In this document: positions 1 to 32,680 of the stretch, piece after piece | Position numbering within the stretch: position 1 is the stretch's first letter | Layout of the letters: each line of letters opens with the position of its first letter | Source: the human T2T-CHM13v2.0 reference genome, Homo sapiens | Assembly: GCF_009914755.1 (NCBI RefSeq) | Contig: NC_060940.1 | DNA: 64,000 nucleotides | Strand: one strand, 5' to 3' | The notes under the pieces: generated by a model | What the model was told of the DNA's origin: nothing | The model's database searches: none | Seen by the model: the letters and a program-made list of their open reading frames with translations, nothing else | Translations under genes and position numbers: made by a program

Positions 1-302
1 ACCTAAATGGTTTATTCAAACATAGAAGCCCTATCTCCTTGATCTATGCTCTTTTCACTATTTCTGGCAGGTTTCTTACCAAATATCTGGAGTTGACAAC
101 AAATGTGAAAACTGATCAGCCTTTTCTGACAGGCAAGGAAGACCAAACTGCCAATTGCCAATGTCAGATGTTCTCAAAGTATGGTCCAGAGACTTCTGGG
201 AGTCCCTGAGACACTTTCAGTGGGTCTACAAGTTCAAAACTATTTTCATAATAAAACTAAGATACCAATTGACTTCTCTTGCATTGTTTCTCAAGTATAT
301 AG

Positions 303-2122
<1,820 letters not shown>

Positions 2123-2916
2123 CGTGTTTTGTTTTGTTGTTCAACAGGGTGGAACATAATGTCTAAACCTGGGCCCTACCTACCTGGTGCTCAAAAGTGG
2201 AATGACCGTCCCTAGCCAACCCTTCAGAAAGGACAGAGAGCTACTCAACGGACTGCTGTACTCTTAAGGACTGGGAACCGGAACCGTGGGTGAGTGGGAC
2301 TGAATCACAGACTAAGCGTTTTCCACGCTTCGCCGACGTGCTGAGTGCCAAGTTATAAAGACAGGAACATCCAAGCTGCTCTCCTGGGCTGACACGGACG
2401 CGAGGGGACCTACAGTGGCCTTGGGCCCAGCAGGCAGCGACTGCAACGTGACTGCCCAGAGTCCAGCCCCTGGGGCCCAGATCTACAGAACCGACCAGAC
2501 GTGATAGCCCTTTGGCTGGGGCTGCAGTCCCACGATCCACACAACGACCCTGGCTCCGCAGACGCGCCAACCACCCACGGAGGCAAGAAACTGCAGAAAG
2601 TAAAGGGAAAGGGAGCCCAGTGCCGGGCGGCGCTGAGCAGCTCCCCCAGCGGCCACCGTCGCCAACATCCCTGCGTAGGGGTTTGTATCGCAGCGCGCTT
2701 CCAGACATCAACGGCTGCGCGGCCCACGCGCGCGCATGCGTCCTGACCAGGGGAACCTTTTCTTGGGGACCCGGAGGCGAGCGCTGGAAGGCGGGATAGT
2801 GGCGACCCACACGCAGCAGCTTCCGGCGGCGCGTAGTCTTGATTGGTGGAACCTGGGAGAGGGGGCGGGGCACCGGGGAATTCGAATGGGAGAGGCGGGC
2901 CCAAGGAGGGAGTGGA

Positions 2917-17513
<14,597 letters not shown>

Positions 17514-17530
17514 TAACCCCGTGTTGTGTA

Positions 17531-17536
17531 AATACA
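17531..17536 (+). terminator. KIF22 variant poly(A) signal AATACA
   Basis: No AATAAA after the stop; AATACA lies 55 nt past the TGA and is followed by U-rich sequence. Confidence 0.6.
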
Positions 17537-18310
17537 GTTTTTGCTCCGGTGCTTCCGCCTGATTTTTGGGGCTGCGGGGGCGGGACCGGGGTGTGACCGC
17601 CTCGGGGTGGGCCGCGAGCAAGGCAGGCGACTCCACTGGGCGCCATCTTCGGGGAACGACTCAGCGCAGGATTGTAAATACACCGCTGGGGTGGGGCGGG
17701 GAGGACGGTGGCCTGCAGGACGCAAAAAGCGGAAGCCGAAGCATGAGGCCTGCGACCGTTAGGCGGGCGCGCGCTCAGGGATTAGCCCCGCCCCGTCCGT
17801 GCCCCCGGCGCGCGCGCTCCCCCATTCTCCCGCTCGGCAACGACGGCGGCCTTGTGCGCGTGCGCGCGAAATAACGGCCGCTGGCGGAGGGAGGGGGAGT
17901 GGAATCGTTGGCGGGGGGAAGAGGAGAGAAGCCGCCCTGTCTCCCGCGCGCCCACCACCTGCGCCATCGTCAGCCAATCAGCAGCCGTCTCAGGGGTCTC
18001 GCGCTCGGGGCGACTCGGGCTGCTGGGTGGCTCCCCCGTCCCTCCTCCCGCCAGAGTCCCTCTCGCGCCTGCCCCTCCCGCTGGCCACGCGCGCGCTCGC
18101 GCTAGCGCTCGCGCCCGCTCCAGCCTCTTGTGTGTCCTCGCGCCCCCCGCCCGCCCTCCCCGCGCGTAGTGTGCTCCGCTTCCCCCACCCTCCACCTCCC
18201 CCCTCCTGCCCGCCCCGCGCGCCTCCTCCCGGGTTCCCCCTCCCCCACCGCCGCCGCCTCCTCCTCCCGCCCCAGGGTGAGCGCGAGCCACCTCCCTCCC
18301 TCCCTCCGCC

Positions 18311-18346
18311 ATGGATCCCAGCAACTGGAGCAGCTTCATCTTCCAG
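18311..18346 (+). CDS. MAZ: MAZ upstream alternative first coding exon (MDPSNWSSFIFQ); predicted to splice to an acceptor inside exon 1 at 18973, giving 454 aa
   Basis: Strong Kozak gccATGg at 18311; donor CAG|GTAAC at 18346/7; in-frame acceptor ccacctcAG|GGT at 18972/3. Confidence 0.85.
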
Positions 18347-18567
18347 GTAACAACTCCCTCCCCCCGCCCCCACCCCCCTGCCCACACCCCCTCCTGCCCG
18401 CCCTCCCTCCCGTCCCACCCCCCCTCCGCGCGCCCGGTGCGCGCGCAGCTGTCCCCCTCCCTCCCTCGCGCCCTCCCCCGCCCTCCCCGAGGCGCCGGCT
18501 GGGCGCGCGCGCGGCGGGGGCCGAGGCTGCTCCCTCGCTCCCCCCACCCCGCCCCGCCAGGCTCCAA

Positions 18568-18591
18568 CCGCCGCCGCCGCCGCCGCCGCCG
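18568..18591 (+). repeat. (CCG)8 trinucleotide repeat in the MAZ 5' region
   Basis: Read directly. Confidence 0.9.
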
Positions 18592-18867
18592 CCCGGGCCC
18601 CCGCCCCCGGCCCCGGCCCCGCGGGGCCTCCCGCCCCCACCCAGGGGGCGTCGCCGCCGCCGTCGCCGCGGCGCTCCGCGGCCCGCAAGGCGCCCTCCTT
18701 TCCTCCCTCCCGCCGGCCGGGGTGCGCGGGCGGCGGGGCGGCCCGCGGGCCATGCGTTCGGCGCGGCCCAGCCCGGCCGGCCGGGGGCGGCGCCCCGAGC
18801 CCGGGCCCCGCGCGGCCCGCGCCCCCGGCCCCCGCTGAGCCCTGGGGGCCCCGCTGCGGCCGAGGCC

Positions 18868-21800
18868 ATGTTCCCGGTGTTTCCTTGCACGCTGCTGGCC
18901 CCCCCCTTCCCCGTGCTGGGCCTGGACTCCCGGGGGGTGGGCGGCCTCATGAACTCCTTCCCGCCACCTCAGGGTCACGCCCAGAACCCCCTGCAGGTCG
19001 GGGCTGAGCTCCAGTCCCGCTTCTTTGCCTCCCAGGGCTGCGCCCAGAGTCCATTCCAGGTGAGTAGGGCCGGCCGCGGCGGCCCGGGCTGGGGGGGGAC
19101 GCCCGCCCGCACCCGCGGCCCACTCGGCGCCTTGTCTCCGCAGGCCGCGCCGGCGCCCCCGCCCACGCCCCAGGCCCCGGCGGCCGAGCCCCTCCAGGTG
19201 GACTTGCTCCCGGTGCTCGCCGCCGCCCAGGAGTCCGCCGCGGCTGCTGCGGCCGCTGCCGCCGCTGCTGCCGCCGTCGCTGCCGCGCCCCCGGCCCCTG
19301 CCGCCGCCTCTACGGTGGACACAGCGGCCCTGAAGCAGCCTCCGGCGCCCCCTCCGCCACCCCCGCCAGTGTCGGCGCCCGCGGCCGAGGCCGCGCCCCC
19401 CGCCTCCGCCGCCACTATCGCCGCGGCGGCGGCCACCGCCGTCGTAGCCCCAACCTCGACGGTCGCCGTGGCCCCGGTCGCGTCTGCCTTGGAGAAGAAG
19501 ACAAAGAGCAAGGGGCCCTACATCTGCGCTCTGTGCGCCAAGGAGTTCAAGAACGGCTACAATCTCCGGAGGCACGAAGCCATCCACACGGGAGCCAAGG
19601 CCGGCCGGGTCCCCTCGGGTGCTATGAAGATGCCGACCATGGTGCCCCTGAGCCTCCTGAGCGTGCCCCAGCTGAGCGGAGCCGGCGGGGGAGGGGGAGA
19701 GGCGGGTGCCGGCGGCGGCGCTGCCGCAGTGGCCGCCGGTGGCGTGGTGACCACGACCGCCTCGGGGAAGCGCATCCGGAAGAACCATGCCTGCGAGATG
19801 TGTGGCAAGGCCTTCCGCGACGTCTACCACCTGAACCGACACAAGCTGTCGCACTCGGACGAGAAGCCCTACCAGTGCCCGGTGTGCCAGCAGCGCTTCA
19901 AGCGCAAGGACCGCATGAGCTACCACGTGCGCTCACATGACGGCGCTGTGCACAAGCCCTACAACTGCTCCCACTGTGGCAAGAGCTTCTCCCGGTGTGC
20001 ACGGGGCCTCGGCCGCCCGCTAGGCCGTGGGGAGGGAGGGACGCGACGGAGGTGGCCTGGCCGTGGCTGGCGGGGAGGGAGGCGGCTGCTGAGGCTGGGG
20101 AAGGGGAGCCACTCCCAGGGCGGAGGGAGGAAGCCTCTCCCGGTTACCAGGGAGCAAGGGGTGGTCCTTTGTCGAGGAGGTGGGCCTTGGGGTTGACGGA
20201 AGCTTCGCGTGGGAGGAGGCGGCGGCGGCGGCAGCGGCTGCTGGGCTCCAGGGGAGGGATTTCCTGCTTAAGTGTCGCTGTGACGGCCTGGGCTCCGGGA
20301 GGAGGCGCAGGGATCCTCGGAAAGGCCTGTGGTGCGGTTTGGTGGATTTGGGGCGCACCACCTCCGCCCTAACCCCAACCCCAACGTGTCCCCAGGCCGG
20401 ATCACCTCAACAGTCACGTCAGACAAGTGCACTCAACAGAACGGCCCTTCAAATGTGAGGTAGGAAGCCCGCCTCCTCCTGTCTTGGTTTTCATGATTTT
20501 GATCCTCATGGTAGCTGTCTGAGTCAGTCTCTCAGACCCCCTTTTTCTCTCTCTTCTTTTTGCCTTTTTGCTCCATTTTCTCATCCCTTCTTCAAGGCCT
20601 CATCATGTCACTCCCATTTCCTACAGATCAAAGATCCCCAAGGCTCTGATTCCTTTAATCTCTTGCTCCCCCCTCCCCAGCCCACCAAGCTTTAACTCTC
20701 CTGTGACACCCCCCACGCCCCTCCCCCCTCCTCAGAAATGTGAGGCAGCTTTCGCCACGAAGGATCGGCTGCGGGCGCACACAGTACGACACGAGGAGAA
20801 AGTGCCATGTCACGTGTGTGGCAAGATGCTGAGCTCGGCTTATATTTCGGACCACATGAAGGTGCACAGCCAGGGTCCTCACCATGTCTGTGAGCTCTGC
20901 AACAAAGGTACATGCCGAGGGCTGCCGGGAGGGCCAGGGGCAGAGGGTGGGCGCCTGGCCAGACGCCTTGCCACGGATACGGGTTAAGGGTGCTGTAGCC
21001 AAGAGCTCGTGGCGTCTAGATTCCTACAAGAGGTCAAGGGAGCAGCGGGGGGACACCTGAATGAACATCATTAGACTCTAAGAAGTCCTGGTTGGAAGAG
21101 ATGATCTGCCAGAGAGGTTGAACCTCCTGGTAATGTGTGGGGAAAGCGGGAGTGGAACTTGGCTGCTCTGGGGAAGGAGTAGTCAAGAAAGCCAGTTCCA
21201 GGGGTCACAAGGCAAGGTTTCCGCTGCGCAGCCACAAGGTCTTGTCTCCAGCTCCTGGGGCAGGTGGAGTACACGGGCCGGGCTTTACCAGCACGCACCC
21301 TGCACGGGTAGCAGAGAAAGCTGCTTTCAGTCAGACTCACCGGTTAACTGGGTTGAGACCGCGGGGCACTGGAGGGAAGGGGACACAGCCGTCTCTGCTG
21401 AGGGTCAACCCTGCAAGTGGCTAGGAGTCAGTGTCTCGTCATCCTGGGAGAGGTCTCCCGGCCATGGAGAATGAGTTCTGTAGGTACCAAGGCTGAGAAG
21501 CGGGCACCACACAAGCCAGGCCCCAGGCTCAGGGAGGGGCTGTGTCTACCAGCCCCAACAGAGCAGTTGGCCCCAGGCTACCAAGGATACCGTGGGAGGA
21601 GGACAGGGCCATCTGAGGAGGGCATCCCCCGCCTAGGAGATCAGCCCCGTCTCTGGGGTCTCCGCCTGGCTGACCCCCGCCCCATCCCAATCCACCCCCC
21701 AATAGGCTTCACCACGGCAGCATACCTGCGCATCCACGCGGTGAAGGACCACGGGCTCCAGGCCCCGCGGGCTGACCGCATCCTGTGCAAGCTGTGCAGC

Positions 21801-22397
21801 GTGCACTGCAAGACCCCTGCCCAGCTGGCCGGCCACATGCAGACCCATCTGGGGGGGGCCGCCCCCCCTGTCCCGGGAGACGCCCCCCAGCCACAGCCCA
21901 CCTGCTGAGGGGGACCCCCGCACCCACCAGGCAAGGCGTGGGGCATGGCTGGGGGGCGGGATGGGGGGTGTGGGGGACAACGGGGCTCAAAGGGCCCAAT
22001 AGGGGATCTCAGGAAGGCGAGGGATGCCCATGTACCACTCAGGCTAGGGAGACTTCTGGGCACAGGGAGGATCCTTGAGAACTGCTCTGTCTGGGTGAGG
22101 ATGCAGGCTGAGGCCTCTGGGGTCCAGATAGGAAGTGAGCAACGGCTGTGTCCCAGGGGAAGCAGGCTGGGAAGGTGTGGGGTGAGGGCAAGGCTCTTGC
22201 CATTCAGATCGCGCTGTGATCCGTGGTGTTTCTCCTGTGCAGGTACTGGTGAGGTTTGTCCAATGGCGGCGGCAGCGGCAGCGGCGGCAGCGGCAGCAGC
22301 GGCAGCAGTAGCAGCCCCTCCCACAGCTGTGGGCTCCCTCTCGGGGGCGGAGGGGGTGCCTGTGAGCTCTCAGCCACTTCCCTCCCAACCCTGGTGA
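18868..22397 (+). CDS. MAZ: Myc-associated zinc finger protein, main isoform 477 aa. Coding exons: 18868-19059, 19144-19994, 20396-20459, 20736-20907, 22243-22397
   Basis: Starts MFPVFPCTLLAPPFP; poly-Ala, poly-Pro and poly-Gly tracts; six C2H2 fingers (CALC, CEMC, CPVC, CSHC, CEKC, CHVC); exons sum to 1434 nt and end SQPLPSQPW*. Confidence 0.98.
21706..21908 (+). CDS. MAZ: MAZ alternative cassette exon that completes finger 7 and adds finger 8 (493-aa isoform); the exon probably ends at 21930
   Basis: Acceptor aatAG|GC; continues CELCNKG with FTTAAYLRIHAVKDH, then CKLCSVHCKTPAQLAGHMQTH; TGA at 21906-21908. Confidence 0.9.
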
Positions 22398-23307
22398 GCT
22401 CCAAGTTGGTTGCGGGGGAGAGGGGAGAATGGAGTAGAGTCCCTTGGTACAAGCTCCTCTCCCCCCTCTTTTCCCACCAACTCCTATTTCCCTACCAACC
22501 AAGGAGCCTCCAGAAGGAAAGGAGGAAGAAATGTTTTCTTAGGGGAATTCGCTAGGTTTTAACGATTTGTTTCTCCTGCTCCTCTTCTATCAGACCTGAC
22601 CCCACACAAACCTGTCCCCTCGGTTGTGTTGAAGTCCCCTGGACAGTGGGCAGGGGTGGCAGAGGACACGAGCAGCCACTGCCCGTACCCCCTCTCCTCT
22701 CTGTAAGCCCATGCCCTGTCTTCCCAGGGACTTGTGAGCCTCTTCCCTCGACGGTCCTCTTCTCTCCTTCCAGTCCTCTCCCCCTGCTGTCTGCAGCCCC
22801 TCCCCGGGGAGTTGGTGCTTTCTTTTCCTTTTTTTTTTTTTTCCAGGGGGAGGGAGGAGAGGAAGGAGGGGGATCAGAGCTGTCCCAAAGAGGGAAAGCG
22901 GTGAGGTTTGAGGAGGGGCAGAAGCAGGGCCGGCAAAGGTTGTACCTTCATAAGGTGGTATGGGGGGTTGGGGTCAGGCCCTGAACATCGTCCTACTTGA
23001 GAATCTGTCAGGGGAAAAAGTCAAGGGGAGCAGGAGGAAGAGCCAGGAGGGCCAGAGGCAGAGAAGAGATGGAGTCTTAGGGGCCAGGGTGAGCGAGGGG
23101 TCCAGGGCCTAGAGGTGCTTCCTGGGGGCGGGGGAATGCAGCCAGTGTCCCCCTCCCCTCTTCCACCCCAGCTCCAGCCCTGGTCTTGTCTTTTCATCCC
23201 TCTTCCCCACGACAGAAGAAGTTGTGGCCCTGGCCATGTCATCGTGTTCCTGTGTCCCCTGCATGTACCCCACCCTCCACCCCTTCCTTTTGCGCGGACC
23301 CCATTAC

Positions 23308-23324
23308 AATAAATTTTAAATAAA
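23308..23324 (+). terminator. MAZ tandem poly(A) signals (AATAAA at 23308 and 23319)
   Basis: Two canonical hexamers after a ~0.9-kb 3'UTR, with a GU-rich downstream element. Confidence 0.85.
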
Positions 23325-24139
23325 ATCCTGTTTCTGGCTCTGGATTGAATGAATTGCCCTCACTAAGAACTGCCGCCAACCCCAAGGGTTTCTTCTCGGC
23401 CTGGTGTCCGTCAATCCAGCCTTGCTCTGCCCTGTGAGGCTGTGAGGTTCTGGCTCCGCCCTCCCCAGGGGCAGCCTTACTGGCGGCAGCACAGATACAG
23501 GGCGGGGCCAAGGCTGTGGCTGTGGAGAGCAAGTTCCAGGTCTCTGGGGAATTCCCAACTCGGACAGGCCCAGAATAGCCCCTGGAGGTTTGAAGAGGCC
23601 CCGTCAGAAACCCAAACAGAGCTGCCAGACGGGAATGCCGCCCTCCCCCGTCCACACTCATGGCCGCTGCTCAGCCCCCAGCCGCCTCCCTCCCCACGCG
23701 CGTCACGGCCCTGAGGCCATGGTGGGTGGATGCGGCTGCGGAAAGGCTGGGGAGTCCGAGCCCTAGGACTGGGAGCAGCGAGGTAGAGAATGAAAGCTGC
23801 ACCTGTCCCTCATCCTGGGCATGGGCCACTCTGTGTTTACACGGGCTCCTCTGCCCAGCTCCTCCTGCCCCTTGGAATTCCCTTTCCTGTCCCCGCTCCG
23901 TCCTTTCCAGGGCCCCTTTTTTGAGCCTTCCAGCGCCAGTTTCTGCCGCTCCTTTCTGCAGGCTCCATTCTCTCCAAACCCCACCCTGCTCCTCCTCTGC
24001 AGCCTCCCCGCGTCTTGCCCCATCTTCCTTGCCCTCCTGCTCGTAGGGACGCCTCCACCCGGTCCTGCCTGTCTCACTGGTCCCGTCTCCTCGCAGAACC
24101 CTCTCCGTTTCCCCCAAATCCCCGTCTCTTCCAGGAATC

Positions 24140-24760
24140 CCGGTGACCGTTGGCGGGAGGGGCCGGGGACTTAAGAAGGAGGCGTCCCTCCTGGAGGCGC
24201 GCGTGAGAAGGGGCAGGGAGGGGGCGCGAGTGGTCCCCGGGCCGGTTGCCTGGGTAACGCGTGGCTCCCTTGGGCTGGCGGGAGGGGCCGGAGGCTCGCG
24301 AGGGGCGGGGGCGGCGACGGCGGCGGAGCGTAGGGGAGGGGACCGGAGAGGAGGGGATGAGCACACGGGAGAGGAGAAGAGGGAGACCCGCCGCCTCCCT
24401 CCCTCCCTAGCTGACTTGCTCCCTCCCGGGCTGCGGCTGCTGCAAAAGCCAGCAGCGGCAGCGGGAGCTGTCCGGAGGCCGGCGTCGAGGTGAGACCCGG
24501 GCAGACTGAGGCTGCGGGTAGGAGTGGACCGACCGACGGCTGACGCCGGGCGGACTGCACGGGAATGCGGGTGTCTGGAGGGCTGGTGGTGGTGCTGGGC
24601 GGGCTGAACCATCGGGAGGAGGCGCCAGCCCACCGAAGGCGAGGGAAGCCCCGGGAGAGGGGCTGACAGGGGATCGAAGGAGATAACCAGGTCCCCCAGA
24701 AAGGGGCGGGAGCGTCCTCGCCCTAAACGCGCAGCAAGAAAACCCGCACCGCCTGGGAGC
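24140..24760 (+). promoter_or_regulatory. PRRT2 CpG-island promoter
   Basis: CpG-rich with GC boxes, upstream of and overlapping non-coding exon 1. Confidence 0.8.
24330..24489 (+). other. PRRT2: PRRT2 non-coding exon 1 (5' end approximate); splices to the acceptor at 25156
   Basis: Lies in a CpG island; donor GAG|GTGAGA at 24489/90; pyrimidine tract plus cAG|G acceptor 65 nt upstream of the ATG. Confidence 0.75.
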
Positions 24761-25193
24761 CCAGGGAGGAGGGGAGGATGCAGAGGGAGTGGAATGCGAA
24801 TGTCGGGTCCTCTGCCCAGTCGGCCTGTCGGAGTGCTATTTGCACAGCTCGTTGATTTTGGGGTGCTGGGATCTGAGAGTCTGGATCTTGTTGGATGGAC
24901 CCAGGGAGAGACCCTGGAGAAGGTCCTGTTTACAAAAGGGTTAATCTTCCCCAGGGCTCTCCAAGCAGAAGACTTTGAGTAGAGCACTCCTCCCGCAGGG
25001 ATGTCCCACCCTAAGGCAAAGGAAACCCCAACTTTTCTTCCTCTCCCTAGAGGCAGTGCAAGGCTGGCCCTGAGACAGGAATGTGGCCCAATTGGGCCTG
25101 CAGTGCTGAGCGCCCTCTTCCCTCCTCACCCCAAGCCTATCTCCTCCTCTTCCAGGGTTTGCCGCTGTCTCTGCTATTCCATCCTCCCCATAG

Positions 25194-26804
<1,611 letters not shown>

Positions 26805-27479
26805 GGGGCTCTGCCCCGCATCCCAAGACTTTTCTTCCTGTTGGGAGCTGCCTTGGGCCCATCCCTCCCCTGGGGGGAGCCCAACTGATGGCCCTGGCCC
26901 CCACCCCTAAGGACCAAGGGAGCCTGAGCGGCCTTGTTTACAGCTTCTGTCCTGCTCCTGCATCTTGCCAGGCTCCTCTGCCAACTGTAGGCCTGCCTCA
27001 TCCCTGCACTGGTTCCAACCTCCCTGCACTAATGCCTGCATCCCCTCCGGCCTCTTGGCCCCCTATCCCTGCACTTCTGGAAACCTCCCTGCACTCTGGA
27101 AACCTCCCTGAACACCTCCCCAACTCTGCGCTCTCAGCCTCCCTGCATCTCTCCTGGCCTCCCTGCACTTCTTCCAGCCCCCCAAATTCTCTGGACCTCC
27201 ACCCTGGCCTCCTCCTCCCAACTTTCATTGTCTTGGCATCTCTCAACCCTCAGTCCTCTCTTCCTTCCCTTCTTTATCATCTCCCCTTTCCTCTCCACGT
27301 CCCGCCCCCTTCCTCTTCCTGCCTCCTCATCTCCCTTAAGCATCCTCTTCTCCAACCTCCCGTCACCGTTTACTCTGCAAAATTGACAGCACTTAGACGA
27401 GGCTTGGGGGCAGGGAGCAGTGTTGGGAGAGGGCTCCCCAACCCCAGGCTCGGACTGTTCTCTGCTGGGACCACCCAGG

Positions 27480-31914
<4,435 letters not shown>

Positions 31915-32054
31915 TTCCCACTGCTCCTGCCTCTAGGGTGCAGTGTCCGTACCTGCTGGAGCCTGGGCCCTCCTTCCCCAGCCCAGACATTGAGAAACTT
32001 GGGAAGAAGAGAGAAACCTCAAGCTCCCAAACAGCACGTTGCGGGAAAGAGGAA

Positions 32055-32215
32055 GAGAGAGTGTGAGTGTGTGTGTGTGTTTTTTCTATTGAACACCTGT
32101 AGAGTGTGTGTGTGTGTTTTCTATTGAACACCTATAGAGAGAGTGTGTGTGTTTTCTATTGAACATCTATATAGAGAGAGTGTGTGAGTGTGTGTTTTCT
32201 ATTGAACACCTATTC
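32055..32215 (+). repeat. Compound tandem repeat: four TTTTCTATTGAACA cores separated by (GA)n(GT)n
   Basis: Cores at 32082, 32117, 32152 and 32195. Confidence 0.93.
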
Positions 32216-32245
32216 AGAGACCTGGACTGAATTTTCTGAGTCTGA

Positions 32246-32251
32246 AATAAA
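32246..32251 (+). terminator. PAGR1 proximal poly(A) signal AATAAA
   Basis: Canonical hexamer ~330 nt after the stop. Confidence 0.75.
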
Positions 32252-32339
32252 AGATGCAGAGCTATCATCTCTTAAAAGGAGGGGCTGTAGCTGTAGCTCA
32301 ACAGTTAGGCCCCACTTGAAGGGAGAGGCAGAATTGTAC

Positions 32340-32680
32340 TCACCCAGATTGGAAAATGAAAGCCAGATGGGTAGAGGTGCCCTCAGTTAGCACCTGTCCC
32401 ATCTCGGGCCCTCCAACTCCTCCCAGTCCCACTCCAGTGCAGCCAGCTGGCTCCAAGGTAGAAACCCATGAGCACTCAGGGAGCAGTGTGCCTTCAGCTG
32501 CAGCAGAAGCAGCCCGGAGGATAAAATGAGAACCAGCTGCACACGGGCCCTTTAACTCCCAAGCCCCACCCCTGGGCTTGGCCTGCCTTGCCCTGCCGGG
32601 AAGTGATCCCCAAGGCAGGGTGAGAGTTCCCCATCTGAGGCGTTTGTTTGCAGCTACCTGCACTTCTAGATGTGAGTACA
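32340..32680. promoter_or_regulatory. MVP proximal promoter, probably bidirectional
   Basis: Inverted CCAAT (~32348), E-box CAGCTG (32535-32540), CACCC box (~32565), GAS-like TGCCGGGAA (32594-32602); divergent GTGAGT donors on both strands. Confidence 0.7.
32535..32671 (+). other. MVP: MVP non-coding exon 1 (start approximate)
   Basis: Donor GAT|GTGAGT at 32671/2 downstream of a promoter motif cluster; candidate acceptors at 42636/7 and 42677/8 before the ATG. Confidence 0.75.

Noticed and set aside
2886-2916. Out-of-frame ATG 31 nt upstream of the KIF22 start
   Set aside because: It overlaps the CHR-like core promoter and probably lies at or before the TSS, so its inclusion in mRNA cannot be supported.
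17782-19926. 714-aa minus-strand ORF antisense to MAZ
   Set aside because: Low-complexity Gly/Arg/Ala translation with no domain; expected from extreme GC content and the codon bias of the sense strand. An antisense RNA is possible, but coding is unsupported.
24464-24484. REST/RE1-like GGAGCTGTCCG in PRRT2 exon 1
   Set aside because: Only one half-site matches; the GGTGCTGA half is absent at canonical spacing.
23671-24987. 438-aa minus-strand ORF over the PRRT2 promoter
   Set aside because: Non-ATG start, CpG-island composition and no recognisable motif.
32055-32215. CRISPR-like look (palindromic repeats with variable spacers)
   Set aside because: Human DNA, spacers are related microsatellites rather than unique sequence, and there are no cas genes; kept as a VNTR finding.
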